Positions 39,001 through 49,666 are shown, counted from the stretch's first letter. The stretch: DNA of 64,000 nt from Botryllus schlosseri (GCA_051294905.1 CM119373.1:3534001-3598000); one strand, 5' to 3'. Notes: generated by a model from the letters alone, not told the origin. Numbers and translations are program-made.

Positions 39001-41343
39001 AACTGGTTTTTCCAAATTAGATTAGAATTAGGATTATTCCGATTGTGCCTATCCCTACTCACATACTCAGATTATGAACATCAATCTACTCAATGCAGTA
39101 CTGTGGGGACAGTAGAAAGTCTGCATCTTGACAAAAATTATTTAGGTTAGCAGTTGGAAACTATGCATAGGCACTTACGCAGTCACAAAGCAAACTTGCT
39201 CTATATCATACCTGCATTACGTCCAGTATGCCGAGATCGACAAACGTGCCCTGCTTTGCGTTGTAGATGTCCGTTCCCTTGATGATAACGGCGTGCGCGG
39301 GCAGATTAACGCCCCAAGCGAGAGTGGCAGTGCAGCAGAGGACTTTGATGAATCCCTGCACAATATCAAACCACTTGAAGCAGTGGTGCTAAAACTAGGA
39401 GGGGATGCGCAAAGCCGCCTGAGAGAAATGATGTTACTTTAACTCGGAATGAGTTTAATTTGTGCTGAAACTTCCAAGTTTCAACAAATGCAATAATCCT
39501 AATTATATTTCGATTATAAATGTCATAATTGCGTCGTATCATCCACAGTCCACACGCTGATGTTTGATTTTAACTGATACAGAACCTTGCACTAATCAGA
39601 AAATGTTACCGAATGAAGTGTATCTGGTGAATGCGTGTAGCTATGCCATTGGTTTTTGATTTGGCTTATGGTTTGAGCCAAGCTCAATTAGGGCAATAGA
39701 AGGAATATGGCTTACGATTTGGCTCATGTTTGAGTTAAGTTCAATTAGGGTAATACAAGGGATTAGACACCAAAATAGCCGTGCACTATGTGCTAACATT
39801 GCATATGATTATGTCTAACAAAATATTTACCTCCAGCTCGTAATTATTGCTTCAGTTACGGTCTGAGTCCAATATTTGAGAAGTGTCTCAACAGCCATAA
39901 CACCTTCCATGCCACCCACAATGCATTGGGATTGCATACATTGTGGTTGCTCTTTTTCATATTTTTTGATATGACGATAACGGGGGCGTGAAATCTTTCA
40001 CTATCATAAATGTGGGCGTATTCATAAAAATTTGAGAACTCAACTTTAAGTCTTGAAACTTTGTGATGAAGGTCAAATTTTGACTACTCCTATCGACTCT
40101 GCAGTGAACTCAATGATCATCAGGCTGCTTTGCTGCAATTTTATCTCACAAATTCGAAACATTTCATCAAAATTTTGTCATTCATCAAATTTTCATTTTT
40201 CCAACAAGAAATTCAAGCCAATTCTCGTTACCTGCGCGAAATATTTCTCCACCATGTTCCTGTCAGACCGTAGCATTCCGGCGTGATGGATGCCGAATCC
40301 AGACGCAAACAATTCCCGCATCTCACGATTTCTCGAGCTTGACAACTAAACGGAAGGTTAACACTGTTACCATCATGAAAAATGCGTATATTTTGTGGTT
40401 TCTATATTCAGGTGGTCAGTGATAAGGTACTACAAGGTTCTGAGAACCATTGAACATAGGAATAGGACGTTCTATTTATTTTTGTCCTTGATGTTTTTGC
40501 GGCATATACACCGACTCATGATATACATACACACGATCAATGCAATATGCATACCATGAGTGCATGATGTGCATATGCCGCTGGACAAGGAAGGTGCAGA
40601 TATAGCCTTGTAAGCGGCTTTCTGAGTCTCGCACCACCCTTCATGCTCTCCCGGATATGCTGAGCTACAAGCGGGGAAGCCATGGATACCAGTGTTACTA
40701 ATTAGGTCTTTGGCCTGACCCTGCCTGTGATTGAACCAACAACCTGCCAAACAAGAGCCGGAAGCTCCACCATTACGCTATCTTGTCGCCAAGAGTAAGT
40801 ATATCTACTTAACACCTGCGGATTTACAACATCCTAACATTTTCCTGCTACAATTCAGCAGAAGAGGCGAGGAAACTTTGTAAAAATCGGTGTGAATAAC
40901 GTTAGGAGATAAAATACATGTTTTTCAGCTTGACCAAAACCCGTCATCTGTCTGGTGTCGAACAGATGCGTCTCCCCGTTGTTCCTCGCCACTTCCAACA
41001 GAGCTTGTGCAGTCTTGACAGTTGCATTTCGGGCGTGGACAAACACCAAAACCTGAAACAGACGCAAAGGCTCAGTGAACAACAAAATTTCGTGAAATCT
41101 CATGGGGTACGACCAAAAAAAGATAATGAAACTCTGATTTAGCTTAATACTGAATTAGTCCCTTGAGGCCAAAATCACATAGGTACCTGATAACCACGTT
41201 CCACATTCCTAGCTGTCTTTTCGTAGCAGATGTTGTTCATTTCCTGAGCCTGTTGCATGCGGCTCATGGACTTCACTCCTACGAACGTCTGCTCGAGGGG
41301 CACGGGCCGGAATCTCCCATCGAAGAAGAACAGCCCTTTGTAT
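5937..41343 (-). CDS. ASCC3: activating signal cointegrator 1 complex subunit 3 (Ski2-like helicase; helicase-WH-Sec63 cassettes), 5'-partial, 32 exons
   Basis: 32 exons with AG/GT ends (one GC donor) and matching phases, total 4555 nt = 1517 aa + stop, no internal stops; motifs [66 protein letters not shown]-terminal Sec63 [15 protein letters not shown]; collinear with vertebrate ASCC3 from about residue 670 as recalled. Confidence 0.96.
6665..7148. mobile_element. foldback MITE with long inverted arms
   Basis: ggggtcttcaaaaatga / tcatttttgaagacccc termini flanked by TA; arms >100 nt complementary; related pieces at ~15310-15785, ~25650-26150, ~48760-48880. Confidence 0.75.
7895..8061 (-). 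CDS. ASCC3: ASCC3 exon 31
   Basis: [35 protein letters not shown]. Confidence 0.9.
9564..9655 (-). CDS. ASCC3: ASCC3 exon 30
   Basis: [30 protein letters not shown]. Confidence 0.85.
9748..10288. mobile_element. hAT-type MITE family R1 (cagggttgta TIR, GACTCGAGTC-rich), full copy
   Basis: TIRs cagggttgta / tacaaccctg; TSD cattttat / cattctat (7/8). Other copies at ~6206-6546, 12299-12625, 14562-14768, 19625-20147, 27810-27972, 30971-31437, 33838-34772, 36305-36660, 41400-41760, 60788-61272. Confidence 0.85.
10453..10558 (-). CDS. ASCC3: ASCC3 exon 29
   Basis: [23 protein letters not shown]. Confidence 0.85.
10570..11399. mobile_element. hAT derivative family R2 carrying transposase dimerisation-domain relic
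   Basis: Clear similarity along its length to 20696-21491; opposite orientation to 13071-13845. Confidence 0.8.
12091..12214 (-). CDS. ASCC3: ASCC3 exon 28
   Basis: [22 protein letters not shown]; phases fit both neighbours. Confidence 0.82.
12781..12935 (-). CDS. ASCC3: ASCC3 exon 27
   Basis: [29 protein letters not shown]. Confidence 0.9.
13071..13845. mobile_element. hAT derivative family R2 (reverse orientation)
   Basis: Reverse complement of 10570-11399; contains cagccaacaactgctgctgttgaacg (QPTTAAVER). Confidence 0.8.
13926..14094 (-). CDS. ASCC3: ASCC3 exon 26
   Basis: [38 protein letters not shown]. Confidence 0.92.
14281..14550. mobile_element. short foldback MITE family R4 (core ctagttgctgacgattacccctgacgagtgtcagccgaaaatattcgggttcatttcaatat)
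   Basis: Core present as two inverted arms here and at ~18975-19225, 47520-47780, 49150-49350; single arms at ~7595, 11905, 27345, 27980, 41975, 44865, 53930, 61850, 63440. Confidence 0.75.
14903..15019 (-). CDS. ASCC3: ASCC3 exon 25
   Basis: [25 protein letters not shown]. Confidence 0.9.
15823..15988 (-). CDS. ASCC3: ASCC3 exon 24
   Basis: [31 protein letters not shown]. Confidence 0.92.
16011..16287 (-). mobile_element. tRNA-derived SINE copy
   Basis: Homologous to 40465-40782; A-box-like 5' end; 3' end lies ~20 nt from the acceptor of exon 15988. Confidence 0.7.
17848..17986 (-). CDS. ASCC3: ASCC3 exon 23
   Basis: [31 protein letters not shown]. Confidence 0.92.
18497..18899. mobile_element. 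hAT-type MITE with CCGATA subterminal repeats
   Basis: TIRs tagaggtcgaccgat / atcggtcgacctcta; perfect 8-bp TSD ctaaaaag (18489-18496, 18900-18907). Confidence 0.92.
19300..19442 (-). CDS. ASCC3: ASCC3 exon 22
   Basis: [31 protein letters not shown]. Confidence 0.93.
19625..20147. mobile_element. MITE family R1 copy
   Basis: cagggttgtaacc..taccaacctg; same body as 9748-10288. Confidence 0.8.
20548..20668 (-). CDS. ASCC3: ASCC3 exon 21
   Basis: [30 protein letters not shown]. Confidence 0.93.
20696..21491 (-). mobile_element. hAT derivative family R2 with transposase C-terminal relic
   Basis: tagggcgattt / aaattgccgta ends; minus ORF 20920-21219 contains [24 protein letters not shown] (hAT dimerisation SAxVERxFS-like); further partial copies at ~31700-31893 and 35330-35798. 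Confidence 0.8.
21588..21725 (-). CDS. ASCC3: ASCC3 exon 20 (followed by GC donor)
   Basis: [33 protein letters not shown]|gcgagt. Confidence 0.9.
22755..22897 (-). CDS. ASCC3: ASCC3 exon 19
   Basis: [28 protein letters not shown]. Confidence 0.92.
23903..24023 (-). CDS. ASCC3: ASCC3 exon 18
   Basis: [37 protein letters not shown]. Confidence 0.93.
24154..24299 (-). CDS. ASCC3: ASCC3 exon 17
   Basis: [34 protein letters not shown]. Confidence 0.93.
24385..25045. repeat. minisatellite of ~30-40 bp units (actagaactacccacttttcaaaactcaca-like)
   Basis: Many degenerate tandem units with higher-order repetition; source of spurious TTHFSK / PTFQN ORFs. Confidence 0.85.
25134..25300 (-). CDS. ASCC3: ASCC3 exon 16 (DEIH)
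   Basis: [34 protein letters not shown]. Confidence 0.93.
26204..26369 (-). CDS. ASCC3: ASCC3 exon 15 (Walker A of second cassette)
   Basis: [26 protein letters not shown]. Confidence 0.93.
27491..27628 (-). CDS. ASCC3: ASCC3 exon 14
   Basis: [29 protein letters not shown]. Confidence 0.92.
28340..28508 (-). CDS. ASCC3: ASCC3 exon 13
   Basis: [35 protein letters not shown]. Confidence 0.92.
29039..30469. mobile_element. non-autonomous piggyBac-like element (1.43 kb)
   Basis: TTAA at 29035-29038 and 30470-30473; TIRs ccatttgacaccggc / gccggtgccaatcgg (12/15 complementary); no transposase ORF recognised. Confidence 0.7.
30670..30768 (-). CDS. ASCC3: ASCC3 exon 12
   Basis: [33 protein letters not shown]. 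Confidence 0.9.
31469..31623 (-). CDS. ASCC3: ASCC3 exon 11
   Basis: [25 protein letters not shown]. Confidence 0.92.
32649..32874 (-). CDS. ASCC3: ASCC3 exon 10
   Basis: [23 protein letters not shown]. Confidence 0.92.
32898..33465. mobile_element. Kolobok-like foldback MITE
   Basis: TTAA TSD (32894-32897, 33466-33469); ~185-bp inverted arms beginning agcggcactgca / tgcagtgcccct. Confidence 0.85.
33649..33825 (-). CDS. ASCC3: ASCC3 exon 9
   Basis: [26 protein letters not shown]. Confidence 0.92.
33838..34460. repeat. tandem array (~10 units, ~58-69 bp) amplified from the end of an R1 MITE
   Basis: Unit aaatgcgtaaaatgactcgacttgagtcgcgatttcttggtgactcgacttgactcgagtcatttt; runs directly into R1 body to 34772. 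Confidence 0.9.
34932..35086 (-). CDS. ASCC3: ASCC3 exon 8
   Basis: [23 protein letters not shown]. Confidence 0.92.
36089..36185 (-). CDS. ASCC3: ASCC3 exon 7
   Basis: [32 protein letters not shown]. Confidence 0.9.
36735..36854 (-). CDS. ASCC3: ASCC3 exon 6
   Basis: [33 protein letters not shown]. Confidence 0.9.
36938..37096 (-). CDS. ASCC3: ASCC3 exon 5
   Basis: [22 protein letters not shown]. Confidence 0.92.
37097..39045 (-). repeat. ~245-bp complex tandem array containing six copies of the ASCC3 exon-5 acceptor and exon start
   Basis: Decoy AG at 37339, 37585, 38078, 38233, 38478, 38724; copy 4 matches the real exon at 31/35 nt; near-identical higher-order duplication ~37381-37620 vs ~38521-38760. 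Confidence 0.92.
39212..39355 (-). CDS. ASCC3: ASCC3 exon 4
   Basis: [33 protein letters not shown]. Confidence 0.92.
40232..40345 (-). CDS. ASCC3: ASCC3 exon 3
   Basis: [38 protein letters not shown]. Confidence 0.92.
40465..40782 (-). mobile_element. tRNA-derived SINE
   Basis: Minus strand starts gatagcgtaatgg (A box) ..ggttcaatcac (B box), then ggcttccccgcttgtagctcagcat, a central motif I recall from Meta-domain SINEs (unverified). Confidence 0.75.
40918..41052 (-). CDS. ASCC3: ASCC3 exon 2
   Basis: [19 protein letters not shown]. Confidence 0.92.
41187..41343 (-). CDS. ASCC3: ASCC3 exon 1 of 32 seen
   Basis: [24 protein letters not shown]; phase-2 acceptor, so upstream exons are required. 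Confidence 0.92.
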
Positions 41344-42480
41344 CTGGAAATGGAGTTGGAATTATTTGGATGGGACACTCTGTAGCAGGGACGTAACATG
41401 TGATTTTTTGGAGACTGGACTTGAGTCGAGAGTCAATCTTTGTATTGACTCGACCTGTATATGACTCGAGACTAGGACGGCCAAGACAGACCTTTCATTG
41501 TACCTTCGAAGAATAGTGTAGTTACCACGTTATTGGTATTTCGTCTATCAGTCCTGATACTTGGAAAATAGGGCCAGAAACTGTTAAGACTGAGGAAGAT
41601 TACGATAATATGACTGTGAGCCATTCTATATCACTCGAGCTCGACCCTCTACTAGCTGACTTGGATTCGGACCTGACTCGGTGGCGAATTGTAAATGACT
41701 GGACTTGACTCGAGTCAAAACTATAAAAGTGAGATCGACTTGTGGCTTGTCACAACCCTGAGTTCTAGTCATAGTTTTAATTGAACATTTTGAAAAGTAT
41801 GTAGTAGTTCTAATTATAGTTATGTATTTCAAAATTAATTTAGTTGCCGAACAGCTACAAAACACTTGACGTGAACTGTGATACCAGTGTGCTGTTATTT
41901 CTAATGTTGTTGTTCTAATTCACAAGTAATGAGGTGGATATATTTAAATCTGCCTAAATAAGTATTTTTTGATAATCACGTTGATATACAATTCTCTTTC
42001 CAATTCTGTGCTAGTTGCTGACGACTATTTCTATATGAATATACCATTATTCAATCAAATACGTAGTGTGCGACCAAGCGTTAACATATTCGCAGCATTA
42101 TCACTTTCCCTCTCAATACAAAAGACAATCTCTCAGATTATGTGATCTTTATGTGAGAGATGAGTTTCGGCATCAAAAAAATCATAATTGACCGGAATTA
42201 CTTGTCACTTCAATCCAATCAGACCAACTGAATTTCAATTATTTTTCACTCAAATGACAATTTTCAATCTGTTACTCAGTTTTCAGGGAAAAATAAGCCT
42301 ACATTGACTCTGGTGTTTAATGCAGTGCATATCATCTTCAAGTGGATATGAGCCTCTTCATGATCAATCTGATATGGATTATGGATTGAGATCTTTGATC
42401 GTGCTGTATGTGAAGTGAAGTTTTGTAAAGAAGGAAATAGTGATCGCAGCAAGTAGAGTTCGGTGCAATCCACATCAATA

Positions 42481-43012
42481 TAATCTACTATTGGCGGAGA
42501 TTTGGATATGGCTTGCGGCGTCACCATTAGAATGTTTGTAGCTTGCTTCAGGTAAGATATTCAAATAAATGCTAGACTATGCGGGTCGGAACACGTCTAG
42601 TAAATGCTTCCCTTGGAATTTGGTTGATGAATTGTGAAAATTAACGCATTGGCAGAAACGGAACAAGGGACGGTAATATTATGCATATCCTATGATCATT
42701 TAGATATCAGATTGCAGGCTGTCATATCAATTAACGCAAAGAGGACTAACCAATGAACCAATCAGTATTATCTCCAGTTATCAATGAATTTACTGATTCA
42801 GAATAGACACAGAACATAAACAGAGGAATGGTAATCCCATGCGGAAAATTTCATGGATGCCGTTCAATTTCAGAGTCGACATCGGGAAGTCCAGGAAACA
42901 ATATACACTCAAGAATCCACAAAACCTGAGCGAAAATGCTACCGTTTACGAAAACATTCACTTTTGGAAACACAATTACTCGGAAGATTACGTACAAAAT
43001 TTATCCGATTAA
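42481..43012 (+). pseudogene. possible decayed paralogue of the receptor cluster (TM-like exon end + cytoplasmic-tail exon 42874-43012)
   Basis: CAG|gtaaga donor at 42552 and ttcag acceptor at 42873 are phase-2 compatible, like the TM/tail junction of genes A and B; tail VDIGKSRKQY..TVYENI..EDYVQNLSD*; in-frame TAA at 42481 upstream. Confidence 0.4.
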
Positions 43013-46000
43013 ATGAACAAATGTTTGTAATGTTTATATGCTGATAATATGTATTTGCAATGTTTGATTACAACTAGAAAGGTCTGAAATTTGTAAGGAG
43101 TAAGTTTCAAGACGGTTTGGTCTTCAATGAGCTTATATACTGCGTAATGGTATAATGTAATGCCTGTGGTTTTATTAGTGTTTCGTGTAGCTTTTGTAAA
43201 TAAATAATATTCTGGAAGCATTGATTATACTGTGTTACTTACGTAGAGCGAATCACAGCTACTTCAAGCGTATTCTAGATCAGTGCTTGCCAAATGTATT
43301 TTATGTGGGTTGCTAAGCATTTCCAAATGCTACAGATCAATATGTCATAGAGGGCTGTTTTTGAATGTTCTGGAATTACATCAGTCTTATTATTGATATG
43401 GTAGCACTTTTGTAGGAAATTATATAAAAATTATTTCGAATGACGATCTTACATGGGTCCAAAACAGGTGTACACAAATTTTAGGTATTTCTAGTAGAGA
43501 TATCCAGCCAACCAAGCCTAGACTTGACCTGATAAGGTTAATATCCAACATATGCCAGCTCAACTTTCCCATTATTAGTAAACTGTATGTGGATAGATTG
43601 TTTCTTTTCTCATCAATTTGTTTTCATTTGTTTGGTCGTATCTCACCGTGTTCTGCATGCTAAATGTTGCATTAAAAGTCAGCAGTGACCTGAATAAGGT
43701 TGGTAAAGCACCAGGCTATATTGAGTTCAGGCATTCAAAAGCAACAGCCGGGAACAGGTGTCAAAAAGAGTAAATAATTAGGTAATAAGTTGGAGTAAGA
43801 TAGCAAAACCAAAGGCAACAATTGGTCGGAGGCGTTAATAATTATGTCTATGAGTAGGCAACTTAACAAATTGTGCTATATAGGTAAACATCGGTGATGT
43901 TTTAAAATTGTACGATATACATGAGGTAATTCCCAATTGAGATCATCCGGTATGCTTGCGAACCGTGTGAAAGTGTGACTGACGATATCCATGTGACAGT
44001 TCGCCTATGTGTGACATCACATGATTGACATAGTTTCACAACAATAACATCAAACAGCACACAGAGGTTAACAAGGCAAGGTATCTTGCAGGAATAGGGA
44101 ACATAGTGTGTAGAAATACAAAAGATAAGGTTACAATAATAACTATTCATTAAGATTCAAGTCGGTATATATGAGATTACAATCTTTATTGTGGTAGGTA
44201 AAATCCATGTAGAAGACGCAAGCAGATTGTAGCGAAGAAAATATGTGAGATACTTTCAATATTAAAAGATATAATGAAGAATTATGATTATGTAATATTT
44301 ATTGCTCACTTCCGGTCTAGTGACATTCAGGTTTAGTCAATAATGATCTGTGGAGTATGAATGAACATAAGTAGTCACTGAAATTCTATCGTAATTATTC
44401 TGTATCAAATTATTGTATTATAAATCCATGTTGTTACCAAGTTTAATGTGTAATGTATTCCTTTTTAAAGAGTGACATCAAACAACATGCTACTCAGGAA
44501 ATACGTAGCGTACCATTGACTATTCCTTACATTTCCCTTAATGCAATGCAAGCATTCATTTGAGCGTAATGTGGAAATAGTAAGGATATGAGACGTTTAA
44601 TATGAGCTAAGATGTTACTGAATTGCAGTAAGACTTGAATTGCAGTAAGACGTAATATGTGAAGTAGACAATAAGTCTGTCGATCTAGCATGCCACTTTG
44701 AAAAAAAAGAACAATTAATCGCCAGAGGTGTCAATTACTAACATTAAAACAATATCAGCTGATGGCTAGTTTTTTTGTGCGAGACGCTGACATACTCCCT
44801 CATAAAGATAAAATATCAACGTTTGAAGACACTCTTGGAGGTACGGAACTTTAATATACAATTGAACTAGTTGCTGACGAGTGTCAGCCGAAAATATTCC
44901 GATTTATTTCGATATGAGGCCGCTATTCAATTGTAAATTCAATATTGAACATTGTTAAAAGTTATTAAAGAATCAAAATAGGTGCGAATGCTGTCAAGTC
45001 AAAGTGAAGTTTAATATTAACTAACATCGGACTAACCAGGTTACTGAGATTGTCTAATAGTATAAATTTAAAGTAAAATCGAGATAGCCCTTAGGTAACG
45101 CCATATTGTTTACACTGAGCTAACCTTTTTTATGAATAACTTCCTTGATTTGTGTGGTATACTGGTATTGATTAGAAATTTCCCTTATCCCCTGTCGCGA
45201 CATTACATCGGGCTGCATGGCTTCAGGAAGTATCTTAATCAGCGTAGATCATTGAAATTAACAGCCAGAGTGCGCTATCCATATGGGACGACTGCATTTC
45301 CATGAAAAACGATAGAATCAGGGTATCTGAACTATGTTTACAGGATCAAGCTTTTCGGCGTAAGGGTAAATATGTAATCACACCTGGCGGTGATCATCGA
45401 TTTGTGACGTTATTCAAAACCCTTCAAAGTCATACGTCATGTCCGTGGATAGCCTATATAGTAAGCTTTCAGATCCCTAACAGTGTCTCATGTTGGTATT
45501 TTGAAATTTGACTCCACATAGACAGATCATATTGCTGCTGCACTATGGGAAGGTAATTTAGATTAATTTTAAAGTGTGAAAGCTCAAAAACGCATCATTT
45601 CATGACAGGTGAATGAGAAGTATTAGAGAGATCATTAATTTCTGCAATATTAAAACGATCAGATGTTGATGTTCATTACTTGTTCGTATCAATAACATTT
45701 ATGCAAGTCGTTAACATCAATCAATACTAACAAAATGTAAATGATGGTAATTAATGTCTGGATGTTTAGTGCAGTGCAGCGGTCATCTTCTAGCTGACAA
45801 TGATAATTCAATTAATACTACAGTACGGTATGGACAAGTAAGGTTACGTTTGCAATTTACTAAATGATGTTGGTGCAGAGGACCGCAGTTATTACGAAAA
45901 TTCTTAGTTTCTTTCTTAACAACTAAGAATCTACGTATCAAACACAGTTTTTGACTCTCTAAGTCCAATTGGAAGCTCCCGTTAATAGACAACTTCAATG

Positions 46001-46118
46001 CGTGTTTACTAGTTAGTAGAGCATAATTATATCATATTATATCGTATTATTTTATAAGCCATGAAATCATCTACAGCTTTACTGAAATAACCAAGATGCC
46101 GAGATAATGTAATAAATA

Positions 46119-49100
46119 ATGATATCCAATCTCTCTTTTCTGTGCCTCTGCCTTGCAAGTTACATCCAAGGTAAGTAACTTACAGACCCTAAATTCAGAG
46201 TGATATTCATGGATATTCATTCAGATTCACACTCACAGAAGAGTGGCTCAGATGTTGGTATAAAGCGACTAGGATCTGACCGGTCAGAAATTCAATGCAC
46301 ACGAGGACAAAATTGCACATGGGAAGTACCGCAAGATGTGTTTATGCAAAACTACACAGTCATTATGCTGGTTTATCACAAAGAAGCCACACGACTTGAA
46401 TCGGACTGCAATGACCAGTTGGTGTTATCAGGTATGCTAAAATTCGTAGATTTAAAGAATAATGATATCATTAAAACGTGACATAATCAACATTACAATG
46501 TCCAGTAAGTGGTGCAAACTAGGTGCAGCGTGCACTTAGACTGTCTAACTGACAAATTAATAATCAATACCCTGAGACTTATACATTTTGGCGGCATGCC
46601 GACACCGGCTCTAAATCATTATAAATAATGTCTTCAATGACAAACACGTGCGCACTGCGCAGTGACACCGGTACAAATATATCAATTTCAAGAAGACAAA
46701 AAATAACCTTTATTATTTTGTATCAGGGCGCTTGAGTGATGGATGTCCAAAAGTGAACCACACTTGCTTGGTTTATCAGACAGAGGACTATTGCACTTCA
46801 AAAGACACGTCCTTACGCATTGGGAAAGAAAACTTCAAATGTAACAAGACAATGTACAATAACTCATTTAAGGACACCGTCAGGATACAATATCAAACAT
46901 CTAATTCCTCAGGAAATTTTAGAATGATATACATTGCGATTAAATGCAGTGAGTATACAAACTAACATGATCAATGTCCGCAATTAAGCTAACTAATGAT
47001 CTGTCTTGAACAGATAAGCCTCTGATCAATTTTGGAGTAAAGGCAAGTGTTGAAAAAGGTAAGAGCATGATCGTGTGTATCAACTATGTATCTGAAGCAT
47101 CCGCCAGCTGCTTCTAGAAAAAGCTGGGCAAAATTGGAAACTTGATCATTCGAATGTCAAACTAAATTACCTTTATTATTGCAAAATTTAGCGCAAATTT
47201 ATCGAAACACTTCTTTCAACCTGACAAAAGCTACAACGCAACAAAATTGTTTGGATTTTTGAGCTTTCCTATAGGAGAGGTCGAAGTTCTCTCAAGTAAA
47301 ACCTCTCAAGAATCAAAAGTGGGTCAAACTCACCCAAGTACTAGAAAAGAGGATAAGTAGCCTACTTCATTGCTGATGGCTTCTGATCAGAAAGAAATTT
47401 AGAAATTTTTCAGCGTATCCAAATCAGATCATAATTTTAATTATTGGTGTGCACTTTTATTCAAATTATATGAAAACTAGCATTACTGACTTCACAAAAA
47501 ACTTGGAAATTGAATTAAACTCTGAATTGGTAATATACCGCACATTTGAATAGTGTATACTCATATTGAAATGAACCCCAATATTTTCGACTGGGGTAAT
47601 CCTCAGCAAATAGTAGAGAATTGGAAAGATACGATTGCTGATATACAATGTTCTTTCCAATTGTCTACCAGTTGTTGACGATTACCCCTGACGAGTGTCA
47701 CCCGAAAATATCCGGGTTCATTTCAATATCAATATACCATTCAATTGTGTATTGAAGTTCTGCACCTCCAAGAAGCTCTCAAATTAGCGTTGACTCTAAT
47801 AGGCAGAAAGGGGATATGTATGTACACCAAGCCAGGTTCGTTTCGTATGATACAATTCTCTTGCAGCCTTTCCAGGAAAACCAGAAATTAGATTATAATT
47901 AAGATGAGTGTATTGAAATATTCTTGGAATCTGATTAGAATTAAAGTACTGACATTATATCAATTGTTCGAATTCGACAATTGCAATCATCTAGTTGTCC
48001 AAGTTTGCGTCTGATGCGTACTAAAAAGACTACTTCAAGTTCATATGGATAGGTAGAACAGTGTGCGAAAGAGAGACACATTGCATATGTACTGGACTCG
48101 AAAGAATAAAAATTGACATGCCCAAGCCCTGCCAAAATTAAATCCAGTTCAAATATGTACATTCCGTGAGACCAAAAAGAATGAAATCCCAGATCTACAT
48201 CACATTAGAGATGACTTGGTATTTTCTCAACCATACCTATCTCCGTGGGTCAATCAGGACGTAACAAATATGGAATTTCCACTAACGTACCTAACATTGT
48301 ACTGTATGTTATACTGTGAGATGGCCTATTAAGGTTTCAAGCTGGCTTTCCACAGTGTAAAACAGTATCAATTTTATAGTTATCTTTGATTACTCAACTT
48401 TTGATGGTAATGAGTGTGCTCGTACAGTGTACATATCGAACATTCAAAACTCACACTATTTAATGGGTAACAAGGTACACAGAATACACCTACATCGTGG
48501 ATATGACAAGATTTCCTGTCATTCATGATTTCAAACTACGGTTCCGACCACACTAATGGCATCCTCCGATATATCCAGGAAATTCACAGGGAGAAAAGAA
48601 CGTGATAGTTACTGACAATAACGATGATAAAGAGGAGCTATCTGTGGAAAAAACTGTAATCACAATCGCCGCTGTCATGATCGGGACCATTACGTTGGTT
48701 TTAATTGCAATAACAATGTAAGTTTTATTTCTTTGTTAACTTTTTACTTCAAATTCTACTGGCTAGTTTGAATAATTGTTAGATTGCTCAAAAAACACTG
48801 CATACCAAATCTGGCTCAATTCCAACCTGTAGAAGCGGAGCTATTAAAGTGAGAAAATTCTGAATTTGAAATAATAGTAGTACTATTACTAAAACCATAC
48901 TATAGTATGAAAGGTATATAAAATCCCAGCACTCATATATTCAATGTCACTCTGATATTCTGTGAGAGCTGTCAAAATTATGCAATAATTTTCCATACCT
49001 AGGTGATCGTGATACTGGCATAAAATCACAAATAATATCAACTTGAGGAAACTAACTACGAGCATAATGTAAATTGGAATCGGAAATTAATTAAAAAATG

Positions 49101-49666
49101 TCTTGTTGTAGTTACACCACCTGTCTGCCCCTTGCTATTGACCATCTAAGGGTATATTCATATTGAAATAAACCCAAAAATTTTCAGCTGACACCTGTCA
49201 GGAGAATTTGTTAGCAACTAGTATTACTTCTGAGTGTTAATAATTGATATGTATTACGATTAGTCGTGGCGAGTGTCATCCGAAAATATTTGGGTTTATT
49301 TCAATATGATTATGTTATTAAATTGCATAGTTAACTTCTGTACCTCCAGAGTCTATTGAAATTAGAAATATTGTTGACTTATTCATTCATAGTTGGGAAA
49401 TACACGAATTAGATATCCGTCCCTTAAAACCAATTGTAGTACACTTTAAAAGTGAGATTATAAAACGATTACAACACCTACCTCTTTTCAGAATAAAAAG
49501 GGAACGATCGAACAGAAAGGCAAAAGGTATCGAACTCGCCGAGATTTCAAGAGAGGAAATGGAAAGCAAACAGGATCTTCCGTATGACGATTCAGACCAA
49601 GCAGACGAAAGCTACGAAACTCGGAGGGTGGAGGAGCTGCATGAAGCTGATTATTATCAAGTATAG
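46119..49666 (+). CDS. receptor gene A: type-I membrane protein, 8-Cys CUB-like ectodomain, Tyr-containing tail (264 aa)
   Basis: Exons 46119-46170 (signal MISNLSFLCLCLASYIQ), 46225-46431, 46727-46948, 48579-48717 (TM TVITIAAVMIGTITLVLIAITI), 49492-49666 (tail ending ADYYQV*); all GT-AG, phases 1-1-1-2, no stops; acceptor at 48579 least certain. Confidence 0.82.

Noticed and set aside
45170-45190. kappaB-like site (gggaaatttct on minus) upstream of gene A
   Set aside because: A single short motif in AT-rich DNA is expected by chance
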